A model generated the notes under the pieces. The model did no database searches. It was not told the DNA's origin and worked only from the letters and a program-made list of their open reading frames with translations. Made by a program: the position numbers and the translations under genes. DNA of 64,000 bases from the human T2T-CHM13v2.0 reference genome, Homo sapiens: the NCBI RefSeq assembly GCF_009914755.1, contig NC_060935.1. One strand, written 5' to 3'. Position 1 is the stretch's first letter, and the number at the start of each line of letters is the position of its first letter. Below, piece after piece: positions 46,206-60,359 of this stretch.

Positions 46206-48923
46206 AATTTAATCCATTTTTTAAATCCTTGTTTTAATGCTCTGTTTCATTTACTGCCCAAAGAATGGCAAGCTTGTAGATAAACATGGCAAGTGCCATA
46301 TTTGCCTGCTTTACTATAATCTCAGCTTTCTGCACCTTCTGGCTTATTTTCAATCCTATCATCCATTAATAAAATCAAAGGAGTCATGTTTACTTTGCAC
46401 CCATGTTTTTCTTGATCTCTCTTTGGCAAGATTTGATAGTAATCATTATACTAATTGCTAATAGTAAACTGCTTCCCCGGGAGTTAAAAAAAAGTTCAGG
46501 AATTTCTACTCCAGTTTATATAGTTGATTGGGTTGAGAACAGCATGACATTGTAATATCTATATAAACAATGCATTTCTCAAGAGTAATTTGCTCACCAT
46601 AGCATTTGGTATACTATCACCTCTTTAATCAATTCTGATTTATTCAACTTTTCTTTTATTACAAACTAGTCAAAATATTCCCCAAAATGTCATGTCCAAT
46701 TCAGGTATGTTTTGAATACACTGCCTGTCATTGTTAAAAGCAGGACTGAGATCTGTAAGAGAGACCAGCATTGTTTGCCAATGTTTCAAAGCCATTTAAA
46801 AGGCAAGATAACTTGGAATAAACAGACTGAATCAAAAAAGGTTAAAGCTATTACAATTAAACAATTTAACAACAATATTAGTCATTGTTATTTCACAATA
46901 ATATGTTCAGCATTTCTAAAGTGTTTCTCAATCAGAAAATGTTCATGTATCTTACAAAATTTTAAACTACTGATGAGTCACACATAGCACCTTAAAAGGA
47001 AGTCTGGTGTCCATTGTGAAAGATAAGAATTTAAGAGGCAGATGATCTCCCACTAATGACATACATTTATCCAAAGGTAAAGCTAAGATAGTTCTGAAAG
47101 AAAGGAAAGGTGAAATGGGATCCTGATCTTTTATACAGTACATCCTCTAGCCACAAGGGAAATTCCTTTTGAGTCTGTACTTGGGCTCAGCAGGTATGGA
47201 GGGGGGCTGGTGGGACCACAATGACCCCTTTGAATGGTCAAAGTGGTTGGTATCATTAAAAGAGCAACCAAATTGGAGTCAAGAGACCCAAATGTATGTT
47301 TCCCAATCCTTATTTATTATTTGTGTAGCCTTGTGCATGTCACCATCTTCCTGGGCCTGTCTGTGCCCTTATAAAAGATCTATAGCATTAGTGTATTAAC
47401 AGACCTCCTTAGGGGGATTTGGTGAGGGAAAATTAAGGAAATATGTAGAAATCACTCTGAAATAAATGTTGGTTATAGTTATAATTCAAAAAAGACCCAG
47501 ATCACTTCTTTAGAGCCTAAAAGCCAAGTATGGACTAGAGTGCCAGAGTGTCTCTTGTTTGGGCTATTGTTCTACATTTACCCACAATTATCTCAGCAAC
47601 TATTCATCCCCAAGTAACCTAACTGGGGGAGCCTAGCCCAATGCAGAGGTTACAGGTCCCTAACTTTTGTAAAGCCCCCTCACAAACTAAGATGTCAGCT
47701 GCTGCCAAATTAGTTACAAAGTATGGAACCCATCCATGTGTTCGTTTTTTATAAGGCCCAGACCCCCATTCAGTTTAGTATCTGGAAACCCTGACTTTTG
47801 CATGCTGCTGGAGAAAAAATTATCTCCAAACCAATACCTACCTCTGGCAGGAATGTGCATTGGAACAGATTGAGGCAAAAATAACCCATTTGAACACAAT
47901 ATGCAACAGTGTATACAAATATGTTTTACGGCTGGACTTGAGTTCTGATTGTTAACATGTCCTGTTTTGTGCCACTCACTCAAAAATGTGTTCTATTAGG
48001 AGTCAGGTTCTATTCCTGACCCTCTTAGTCACGCTGGGCAAGGCATTTCCATTTTCCTTAGCTTTATCTTAACCATCTTGGAATGTCTCCTCATCCACTC
48101 TACCGTACTGGTTTCAAGTTATGTCTTCTAAGCTAATAAAGGAGGGTCCACAAATTAAGCATTACAAATTGTACTAACTACTGTATTGAAGTAGGAGTCA
48201 TGACCCCAAACCACTTCTTAAAATGCTCCTGAAATGAAAACGTTGAAAGGAGTACAAATCATTGCTTCAAATACTCTAAAAACTAGTTACCACACAGCAT
48301 ATCTTATTTCGGCATAGGGTACTTATTTAGTTTTGCAAGAACACATTTAATACCCTAGATATGCCTTTCTTCAGCTATAAGCCCACTACATCCTGTGAGG
48401 AGAAGAGTTTGAAGAGCAAGACCTTCTGGCTTTCAAAAGTTAGCAGACGGTCAGGAATTACCAATACTGAGGCTGTTAACATTAACCTAAAGAAATCAAG
48501 GCATTTCAAATTGTTACATAACTAAACCATGTTATTTATTCTTTGTACACAAATACATAGTGTCAGCTGACTTTCATTAGGAATGTGGTAGAGACAGCTA
48601 GAGGACAAGCTACAGAAGAGGCCCAAGCAATTGCCAGTACAAGCAGGCACGATGCAAAGCATTTCTGCCTGTGAAAATGGACAGAAAAGTGGCTGGCTTT
48701 AGCGCGGGGAGGACGAGGGGAGAGTTGGCAGAGGCAGAAAATGTGATGGAAAAACAACAGAGTTATTTTCCCCATGAATTACTCTTGCAGGTTGTGTAAA
48801 CTTTCAAGTGAATAACTAGAATATGGCTTATGATGTAACTGAACAGTACAGAAGTCTGCACAGAGAAAGTCCTGTTCAAAAGAGAAGGAACACAACCACT
48901 GGTGAAAGACAGCTCAGCAGAAA

Positions 48924-49690
48924 TGATATGGAAGAGGGGAAGGGAAGTGCTGGGTAGAGGAAGGCATGGTCCCAGGTTAGGACTCCACCCCCACAGACCT
49001 AGGTGAGGACAGGCATTTTTGTTTTCCTGCCCAAATGCTACATTTCCCAAGACCACCCAGGCCCCCATCCTGTGCCTATAAAAACCCGAGACCCTAGCAA
49101 GGCAGAGACAGAAGCAGCTGGACGTGGAGAGGAGCACATTGGCAGAGGAACACACAAGCGGCTAGACGTTGAGTGGAACTCACCAGCAGGCACCAGCAGG
49201 CCACTGACGGGCAAAACAACGCAGAGTTTGGCTGGGGCAGTTGGAGGAGCGCTCGGCCCCCAAGCGGCCCAACTTATGGGGAAAATCATCTCCCTTATGG
49301 CTCCCCCATCTGCTGAGAGCTTCTTCCACTCAATAAAACCTTGCACTCATTCTCCAAGCCCACGTGTGATCTGATTCTTCCACTACACCAAAGCAAGCAC
49401 CCCAGGATACAGAAAGCCCTCTGTCTTTGCCACAAGGTAGAGGGTGTAATTAAGCTAGTTAACACAAGCTGCCTTTGGATGGCTACACTAAAAGAGCACC
49501 CTGTAACACATGCCTACTGGGGCTTCAAAAGCTGTAAACATTCACCCCTAGACACTGCCCTGGTGTTGGAGCCCCACAGCCTGCCCATATGTATGCTCCC
49601 TTAGAGGCCTGAGCAGCAGGGCACTGAAGAAACGAGCCACTTCCCCATCGTACACCCTGCGAGGGGGACAAAGGAACTTTTCCCATTTCA
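48924..49690 (+). mobile_element. LTR1-family (ERV1/HUERS-P2-type) solo LTR
   Basis: TG...CA ends, TATA cctataaaa about 49075, AATAAA 49332-49337, terminal ggaacttttcccatttca; no TSD found, so the 5' end may be truncated. Confidence 0.85.
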
Positions 49691-49752
49691 CCTCCTCTGT
49701 CAGTACCAAGCTGGTCTGTATGAGGACGGCAGTCTTTGAAAAACAACATATT

Positions 49753-50078
<326 letters not shown>

Positions 50079-51656
50079 TCACTGACAAAGTGAAATTGAC
50101 TACCTCTCTAACTGATTAACTATATCTCAATTTCAAATACTGACCACAAAGGTAGAATCTAAATATGAACTGACATATTAAGACCTAGGTGCTTAAATGG
50201 TAGGATGTACTTATTCTAGGCTTCCTGTGCTATGACAGGCTTTTACTCTTATGTGGTTAGGTATGTTTCCAGGGACATGCCTCGGTGAATATCACACATG
50301 GAAATGTGGTTAATAATGAGCCCCTTCTGTGATGGAATTATTATTCAAGGTATATAAATTTAGAAATACGTGAGGCTTAATAAAACATAACGTTATTGAA
50401 AAGTAAATCTCCCATTGAGCAAATCATACATTATTTCACATAATAGGTCCACAGATATTTTTAAGAGAGTGAATGAAAGGCCATGTAGCCTGCTGAGGAA
50501 CAGTATGTTCCTAATGTGTAGTTTTATATATGTGTAAAACCTAGGAGAAAATAAAGCAGATTTCCTTGCAGAGGTAGCAAAATTGTCAGCTACTTGGACT
50601 TTCAGGGAAAATACACAGTATTTGAAGAAAACAATAGTGGAGTCAGTGCCAAGCTGATGAGTAAAGTACAGAAACACATTATAATGGAGATGAGCTGGTT
50701 TAAATAAGCCCTAAGACAATCAAAAAATTATGTCTCCACTAAACAAAATTTCTATCCCACATATTAAGACTGTGACACAAATAGACAAAAGAGAGGAAAT
50801 ACATGATTATAGATGCTTAATTCGGCCAACACAAACACAGCATATCCATTTCAACACTGTGTGGAATTATTCAGCTTCTAGCTAGGGGAAAAAAGAAAAA
50901 AAGCATCAGGAAAAACAAAAACAAAAACAAAATCAAAATCCTTTCCTACAGTTCCCTCAAGGCAACCAGAAAGTGAAACTTAATTAAACAAGTGAAATGT
51001 AATTACCTAATGCTTACCGCACATGGTGCTGATTTTCACTTCACATTCTAGGTTCATTATTAACGGGCTGGTGCTGCCCAGAGGTAGGAATAAAAATTCT
51101 ATGTAGGGGTAACCATTGGCAGGGAGCAAGAGAAGGAAAGTGCTACCTGTTCTGACCTCCCTACAGGGGCTCAATTCCTCCAGTCACTAGTTTCAGCTAG
51201 TCACACTTCAGGCTGAGACTGTGAGTAGAGTCTAATTATGGGAGGGCTGTCCCTCAAGCATGGTGGGAGGTAACCCCACTCTCTGGAGGAAGCTGAATCT
51301 GAATCTGGGGTTTTTTACACCTCTCAGGACCTCACTGTGATTGCTCACTCAGCCCACTTGCTATTTTCATGCACTGTTTAGAACAACTCAGCAGTTTCTT
51401 TTATAGGAAGAGGCATTTGACATAAGGCACCTGTTGAAACAATTTGAAATGTGATTTCATCATGACTCTGGAAACATGGAGATGGCTTTCTTTTGTTGAC
51501 AGGTACATACATTCAGAACCAGAAGGATGCCATCTCTGCTCTCTATGATTTCATTTTATTATGAAGTTTGATGCTATAATGGTATTTGGATATCTTTATT
51601 TAACTTTGTATTTCCCTTTCTACCATAGCATCTTTAAGCATACATCTTAAAAAGTA

Positions 51657-51955
51657 GGCTGGGTGCACTGACTCATACCTGTAATCCCAGCACTTTGGAA
51701 GGCTGAGGAGGGAGAGTCACTTGAGTCCAGGAGTTCGAGAGCAGCCTGGGCAACATAGCAAGACCCTGGTCTTGACAAAAAATACAATAAAAATTTCAAA
51801 ATTAGCCAGGTATGGTGGTGTACTCCTGTAGTCCTAGCTACTCCAGAGGCTGAAGTGAGAGGATGGCTTGAGCCCAGGAGTTTGAGGTTACAGTGAGTTA
51901 TGATCACACCACTCCAGCCTGGTGAGAGAGGGAGACCCTGTCTCAAAGCAAAAAA
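51657..51955 (+). mobile_element. AluJ
   Basis: gcctgggcaacatagcaagaccc, gcttgagcccaggagtttgagg. Confidence 0.92.
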
Positions 51956-52044
51956 GTAAGTAAATATTTTTCCTACCTATGTGGCTTCCAAGGAACAAAC
52001 ATTTGAAAAATCAAAAACCCTACTTACAAGGAAAATTGGTATAT

Positions 52045-52225
52045 GATATGGTTTGGCTGTGTCCCCACCCAAATTGCATCTTGAATTGTAGTTCCCCTAA
52101 TTCCTATCTGTCATGGGAGGGACCCAGTGGGAGGTAATTGAATCATAGGGGTGAGTCTTTCCCATGCTGTTCTCGTGATAGTTAATAAGTCTCACGAGAT
52201 CTGATGGTTTTATAAAGGGGAGTTC
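52045..52225 (+). mobile_element. THE1 (B/C-like) LTR, 5' half only
   Basis: TGATATGGTTTGGCTGTGTCCCCACCC...ttttataaaggggagttc, then abrupt end. Confidence 0.9.
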
Positions 52226-52286
52226 TAAAATTGCTGGAGTCTCTACCAGATATCCAGTATCCAACAAATACCACTTCTGACACTAG

Positions 52287-52602
<316 letters not shown>

Positions 52603-52752
52603 ACCATTTCTTATTAATACAATAGCTTCCTATATAATCTCCTTAAAATTTCCCTCCTCCTGTCTTTTTAAAAACACAACAGCGAGAATGATCCATTGAA
52701 TACCTAAGTCAGATTATGCCACTTCTCTGCTTAAAACCCTCCAGTACCTTCC

Positions 52753-53299
52753 TGTAATGGTTAACATTAACTGTTAATTTGACTGGATTGAAAGATGCAA
52801 AAGTATTGTTCCTGGGTGTCTGTGAGGGTGTTGCCAAAGGAGATTAACATTTGAGTCAGTGGATCGGGAAAGGCAGACCCACCCTCAATGTGGGTAGGTA
52901 CCATCTAATCAGCTGCCAGTGTGGCTAGAGTAAAGCAGGCAGAAGACGTTGGAAAGAGCAGACTTGCTGAGTCTTCTGGCCTCCATCTTTCTCCTGTGCT
53001 GGATGCTTCCTGCCCTCGAACATCAGACTCCAAATTCTTCAGCTTCTCGACTCTTGGACTTACACCAGTGGTTTGCCAGAGGCTCTCACACCTTTGGCCA
53101 CAGACTGAAGTCTTCACTGTTGGCTTCCTTACCTTTGAGGTTCGGGACTTGGACTGGCTTCCTTGCTCCTCAGCTTGTAGGCAACCTATTTGTGGGACTT
53201 CATCTTGTGATCCTGTGAGTCAATTCTCCTAATAAACTCCCCTTCAGGTATACATATATCCTATTAGTTCTGTCCCTTTAGAGAACCCTGACTAACACA
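52753..53299 (+). mobile_element. MLT2A (A2-like) HERV-L LTR, followed by tRNA-Leu PBS at 53305-53320
   Basis: TGTAATGGTTAA...gtgttgccaaaggagattaacatttgagtcagtgg...gagaaccctgactaacaCA, then gattTTGGTACCAGGAGTGGG. Confidence 0.92.
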
Positions 53300-53320
53300 G
53301 ATTTTGGTACCAGGAGTGGG

Positions 53321-53786
53321 AACCAGTTAAGACTTTGGGTGACTGTTGGAAGGGTGTGATTGTGTTTTGAAGTGTGAGGACATGAGATTTGGGAGGGGCC
53401 AGGACTGGAATGATATAGTTTGGCTTGGCCCCACCCAAATCTCATCTTGAATTGTAGTTCCCATGATCCTCACTTGTCATAGGAGGGACCCAGTGGGAAG
53501 TAATTGAATCATGGGAGCAGTTACCTCCATGCTGTTCTCATGATAGTGAGCAAGTTCTCATGAGATCTGGTGGTTTTATAAGGGGCTTTTCCCCCACTTT
53601 GCTCTGCACTTCTCCTTGCTGCCACCATGTGAAGAAAGATGTGTTTGCTTCCCCTCCCACCATGATTGTAAGTTCCCTGAGGCCTCCTCAGCCCTGCTCA
53701 ACTGTGAGTCAAATAAACCTCTTTCCTTTATAAATTACCCAGCCTCAGGTATGTCTTTATTAGCAGCATGAAAACAGACTAATACA
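53321..53786 (+). mobile_element. THE1 internal 3' end with PPT (53321-53410) plus THE1D-like LTR (53411-53786)
   Basis: gttaagactttggg...gacatgagatttgggaggggccagg, then TGATATAGTTTGGC...cagactaataCA. Confidence 0.92.
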
Positions 53787-55609
53787 CTTCCCATCTAATT
53801 CAGAACAAAAGCTGAAATCTTTTCAGTGGTCTACAAGGCCGTATGCAACCTGCCTCCAAGACCGCATTACTTCTTTGATATCAATTCCCATTTCTCTCTC
53901 CTTCGCTTACTGCTCTGACCATATGGGCCACCTTGTTATTCCTAGAGCATTCCAGGGATACTCCTGTCTCAGAATGTTTGCACTTTTTCTTCAGCCTGCC
54001 TAAGAATGCTCTTTCCCCTGATGTCTGCTTGGTACTATCGTACACCTCCTTCAGGCCCTTGCTCAAATGCCACCTTCTCAGTGAGGCTTCTATAACCTTC
54101 CTATTTAAAACTGACTCCTTTCTCTGACTTATTTTATACCACAACACGTGCCACCATCCAACATCCTATGCATTGTACTTGTGTTGTGTTGTGTTTTCTC
54201 TGCTAGAATGTAAGCCCCATGAGAACAGGAATTTTTGTTTGCTCAACATGTGCCTACTACAGTGCCTGGCATATAGTAGGACTCAATAAATATTTGAGTA
54301 GATAACATTTAAATATGCTTAAATTTCAATTGTTACATATATTGAAACCTCTTGGTTTACACGCCTCTTCCAGGTTAAGGGCTTCTGTGATCTCACAAGA
54401 GGCATCCACCTTATCAGGGTCAAATTTTTCAGACATTTTTCACATAAATGGTCAACTGCCTGAACCTAAAAAGTTTTTAGAAAACAGGACATATTATGAG
54501 TGGGAAACAAACAAACAAAAACCAACATATATTTAAATACCTTCCAAGAAAATCTCAGAAGCAGCCCACCAGATTTAGATACTATATACTTGGCTATGTT
54601 GTTTTGCAAAGGCTGGAAACATAAGGAAGTTCTGGAAGTCAGCAAACACCAGTATTTGGCCTTAAAATGATTTAACACACACAAAAATGGCACTGTGCCT
54701 TTGGAGACCTGGAATGCAGCATTACAGGTTTTCTCCAAAACAGTTTCATTTACTTAACATTACTCTGACCCTTTAACTTCTAACTTGCTGTACAATTAAG
54801 CTATTTAAGCCTTCGACTTAGTGCTCTTTGTGCTACAATCTGGGTCTAAAGTGAAGCAAAAACCACCCTACACCTTTCTGTTTTACTTAAGGTTATTCTG
54901 TCCCATGAAGAGGTTTACATATGCAAATTTTAGCACCACATCTGTTTAGCACGCAGTTGTAAGGCTGAGACTATTTCTATTTTACTTTTTCATTCCATAA
55001 ACATTTATTCAGCCCCTACTATATGTGTTTCAGGCACAGAGAATCAGAATTTTTTTTTCTTGCCTGTTTCAATGCAAAAAGTTCCTACGTAATGCTGATC
55101 ACATTAAAGTTTGTTACCATGGAAACAAGAGGACAGTCACAATCAGAACTGGCATCAAGTTGCATTGAAAGTAAGGTACTGCTTCTGACAGCAATTGAAA
55201 ACAATCTGAATTCTGTACTGTTTATAAATCAAGGCAATAATCTTGTCTGTCTTGCACAGCCTTTCTTATTTCCCCATAAAAGTTGTAAATGACTTTTGGA
55301 AAAAAAGTTTATCTCTTGAAACGTATTTTTTTTTAAAGTTCAAATTAGATTAAAAGGAACACAATTTACTGGGCTTCACCAATATTTGACCTGGGAAAAA
55401 TTAGGCTACCCCAAAATAGTAATTTCATGCAAATGAAGTAATTTACTGTCATATGTTTAAACAAATGGTTGTTAATTTTGGAACTTTTTTTCTTCTTTTG
55501 TAGCTTTCATCCTTATCCTTGTTTATCTTATTCATATTTTTTCTTTCTATTGCAAGTTATTCTCCATAGTGCTAAAAAGAAAAAAGAAAGCAAACATCAT
55601 CGGAAATAT

Positions 55610-55920
55610 GAATAAGGGACCTAAGTTAGAGTCCAGTTTAGTCTATGTAGTAGTTATGTGACTTAGGGCAAGCTATTTTATGACTGTGGGACTCAGTTTT
55701 CTCATCTGCAAAATGGGGGTGATACTCCCTAAATTATTGAGATTTAAATAAGACAATTTGTAGGATGCCTGGTATATAACAAGTAAGGAGATAGCCAGCC
55801 TCCATATCAAATTTGTGATATAAGGCAAGATGCTTGCCTTTCCCAGGCCTTCATTTTTCATATATCAAATGGAGATTTAAAACTTTTCATTTACTAAACT
55901 CTTTGGATTGTTGCAGGGGT
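55610..55920 (+). mobile_element. MIR fragments
   Basis: tgtgacttagggcaag...ctcagttttctcatctgcaaaatgggg; second core aggccttcattt...aaatggaga. Confidence 0.7.
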
Positions 55921-56044
55921 CAAATCCTTATTTTTACATTTTTACAACATGTAATTCCCATTCATTATAAGATAGTATCATCCTGTTATCCTGTCTCCTT
56001 TCTTAGTTGCAGTCTCTCTTGGTATTTTCATTTATTCCTAGTTC

Positions 56045-56381
56045 TTTTTCTTGTTTCTTTTTCTTTTTCCTTTTCCTTTTTTTTTTTTTTTTTTTTTTTT
56101 TAGAAGGAGTCTCGCTCTGTAGCTCAGGCTGGAGTGCAGCGGCGCCATCTTGGCTCACTGCAAGCTCCGCCTCGCGGGTTCACGCCATTTTCCTGCGTGA
56201 GCCTTTCTACTAGCTGGGACCACAGGAGCCCGCTACCACGCCCTGCTAATTTTTTTGTATTTTTAGTAGAGACGGGGTTTCACGTGTTAGCCAGGATGGT
56301 CTCGATCTCCTGACCTCGTGATCGGCCCACCTCGGCCTTCCAAAGTACTGGGAATACAGGCGTGAGCCACCGCACCTGGCC
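56045..56381 (-). mobile_element. AluY with anomalous substitution pattern
   Basis: Y diagnostics gcaagctccg, cacgccatt, gttagccaggatggtctcgatctcc; long pyrimidine tail. Confidence 0.92.
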
Positions 56382-56759
56382 CCTACTTTTATAAAGGATT
56401 TCTCATCTTTTTCTTTATAGACATCTTTACACGTCTCTTTCTCTCTACTATAGCTTTCCTGTTGTTGTATTTTTGTTTCTCTGTTAACTATAAAGTTTTA
56501 GAGTATTTCTTTTATTTGTCCTTATTCCTTATGAATTATGTAGTTATTTCTATTATGAAAACTTTAAAAACCAGAAATATTAAATTAGGTATTAATTAAT
56601 GTTTAATTATAGGTTTAGTTAAACCTATTAATTAATTAAACTATTACTAATGAAAAGGCTAGCAATGTGGAATTGCATTGGAAAAATAAAACATAAGTTG
56701 AAACAGATGCTGCTCATGAGCTATATAGCTCATATGTCTAACTCTTTTATATCTGGATT

Positions 56760-57567
<808 letters not shown>

Positions 57568-59227
57568 AGAATTTTTCTTTCTTTTTGTACAACTCAGACC
57601 ATGTGACAACTTAAAGTGAAATTCAACATCAGTGCTGTTGTAGGTAAAACTGCCTGAAGCAGGACACTTGAGAAGTGTAGAAAGCTTTGTTTTTCCATTA
57701 ATTTTCCCTAAGTTAAACATTCCTACCATAGAAATAATAGCACATATAAAAATATTTCCTTATCCTACAAATCAATAAAAATAAAGACTCTTCAGCTGGT
57801 CTCTATGTCTGTTTTAACTTACCTACCTAATTATATCTATTATAATTAGCCATATCATCAATGTCGTTAGCTCTTCACTATGGGTAAGAGCTAAATATTT
57901 TAACCCATAGAAGGTCCTACTTCCAAGCTCCAGGAACTTACATTCCTTCATCAAGAGGGTTTTAGAACGACTGGAAAATGTCTAGCATGGTGAGTAGGCT
58001 AAGTAAGAATGTTCTAGCCAGGAAGATAGCAGGGAAATCAGTTTTCCCTCACATGCTTGTGCCTGAGGGGATTTTGCTATCTCATGTCCATGAAAACAGG
58101 TACAGAATCTATAATTCTCAAGAAAGGAAAAAGGTAAAATAATATCAAAGCAGCTACCGGTTTCCTGGTCCATTCTCTACTTCTAGAGAAAGCAGTAACT
58201 GACAGAATAATATAATGTCAGAGACTTTTGTTTCCTTTTTCTCCTTCAAATGGATCCACTTTACTGAGAGGAAGGCTATGCACATTCACTCTTGCTGACT
58301 GATAACTCTGAACTGTGCTGTTACACCCTTGCCATCTCTCTCTCTTGGAAAAGATGGTTTTCTGCCTATAGAGAGGACAGGAAGAACAATTTCTTATCCT
58401 TGTCAGTGCCCAACACATTTTAAACTTAATCCTAAAATCTAAAACAGCAAAGTCACAGAGGACCGCATTTAAGGAAAGAAAAGTCCTTGTCTGTCTTTGA
58501 ACAGAGCACCCTCAAAAGCTGAGAGTGACACCTTAGGGTCATGCCAGCCTGTACCGACAACCATAGTTCCAAGGCCAAGTTTAGGCCAAAGAAGATTTTA
58601 TAATTGAGGCAGAGCATAAGAACTAGCTTTTTGGATCCACGTAGTTAAATGGATCCACACATTGAAATGGCAATGTCTGTGCCTTTAAAACACCAATCAG
58701 GTCGAAGTGGCTTGCGAAAAGGCTACTAAAAAACAGAAGAGGAAAAAAATGTGGTTAGCTCCCCATTTTCATAATTATTTCTCCCATTTCCTCCTCTCCA
58801 TAGCTTCTCAGACCCAAAAAAAAAAAAAAAAAAAAAGCTTTTAATCCTTGCTCTGTGCAGTTATAGTGGAAACCTAAAGGAAACCTAAATCTGGATAGTA
58901 CTATGATAAATATTGTAAGATTTATGCACTCATCCCACTGATATTTATCAAGTGTTTAGCTCATACGTGCAAGGTACTATCTAAAGCCGAGTGCGGCAGG
59001 CCTCTGTACACAGAGCAGGATTCATGCTCTGTAAAAACTCACAGCATGAAAGATAAGCTCAGATATTTATGATACAAGGCAATATATTTAAAGTGTCAGT
59101 TCAGTGCCATACTCAGTATAAAAAAGAGAGGAGTCACCCACGGAATGTGTTGAGAAAAGGCATGTAGAGGATACACCATTTTTACCAGGCCAGGAACTAT
59201 AGCAAACTTAGGACTTCTGTATCTCGA

Positions 59228-59467
59228 TTTTTTTTTCTTTTATTGATACATAATATTTTACATCTTTATGAGATGCATGAGTGTTTGTTACACGCACAGA
59301 ATGAGAGATGATCAAGTCAGGGTATTTGGGGTATCTGTCACCTCGAGTATTTACCATTTGTATCTGTGGGTATCACTTCATGTCTTCTCTTCCATTACTT
59401 TGAAATATACAAAATATTGTTGCTAAGTACAATCACTGTATTCTACTATCAAATATTAGAACTTACT
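59228..59467 (-). mobile_element. L1MA 3' end
   Basis: tttattgatacataatattttacat...gatcaagtcagggtatttggggtatc...tttgaaatatacaa. Confidence 0.85.
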
Positions 59468-59753
59468 GTCCAGGCGCGGTGGCTCACGCCTGTAATCCCA
59501 GCTCTTTGGGAGGGCCGAGGCAGGTGGATCACCTGAGATCAGGAGTTTGAGACCAGCCTGGCCAACATGGTGAAACACCGTCTCTGCTAAAAATACAAAA
59601 ATTAGCAGGGCGTGGTAGCAAGCGCCTGTAATCCCAGCTATCTGGGAGGCTGAGGCAGGAGAATCGCTTGTGGTTGCAGTGAGCCGAGATCATGCCACTG
59701 CACTCCAGCCTGGGCAACAGACACTCTGCCTCAAAAAAAAAAAAAAAAAAAAA
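59468..59753 (+). mobile_element. AluS with ~15-bp right-arm deletion
   Basis: gaatcgcttg|tggttgcag; TSD attagaactt(t)act. Confidence 0.93.
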
Positions 59754-59945
59754 TTAGAACTTACTAAAATAATTTAAAATGGAATAAAAGATATCTTAGA
59801 AGAATTAAATCCTGAAGTACTAATTTAGTATCCTGAAAAAGTTAATAAGGTAAACAAAATAAATGGCCTGGCACATAGTAGGTGCTCTAGAACTGCTAAT
59901 ACCCTTCTGTGGGAACTTTTTTTTTTTTTTTTCCATTCTCCAGGG

Positions 59946-60117
59946 CAGTGATTCTCAAGCTAGATACACAACAGAATCATCTGGAGGACTTGTTAAAACA
60001 GAATGCTAAGCCCCATCCCCAGTCTCCAATTCTGTGGATCTGGGGCAGAGTCCAGTAATTTGCATGTGTGATGCCGCTGCTGCTGCTGTTCTTGGAAGCA
60101 CACCTTGAGAACCACTG
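59946..60117. mobile_element. MER5A MITE
   Basis: TIRs cagtgattctcaag / cttgagaaccactg; agaatcatctggaggacttgttaaaaca. Confidence 0.9.
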
Positions 60118-60359
60118 CCTGGGGAACAGCTTAGCTGCTATGAGAATCTGATTCTGTGTTCATATTCCGTATCACAGATAGCTCTTGGCTTTTCAATTGT
60201 GGTTTCTTTTTTTAATGTCTTACTAAGGGGGAAAAAAAGGAACGCCACTTTATATAAACCTGACCTTTTGGTAAGCCTGGGTAGTAACTTCCCATGTGGA
60301 GTAAATTAATCTCTTTCATGCATGCCTCGTGCTCTGGAAAAAGTAAAACAGATTGTGTT

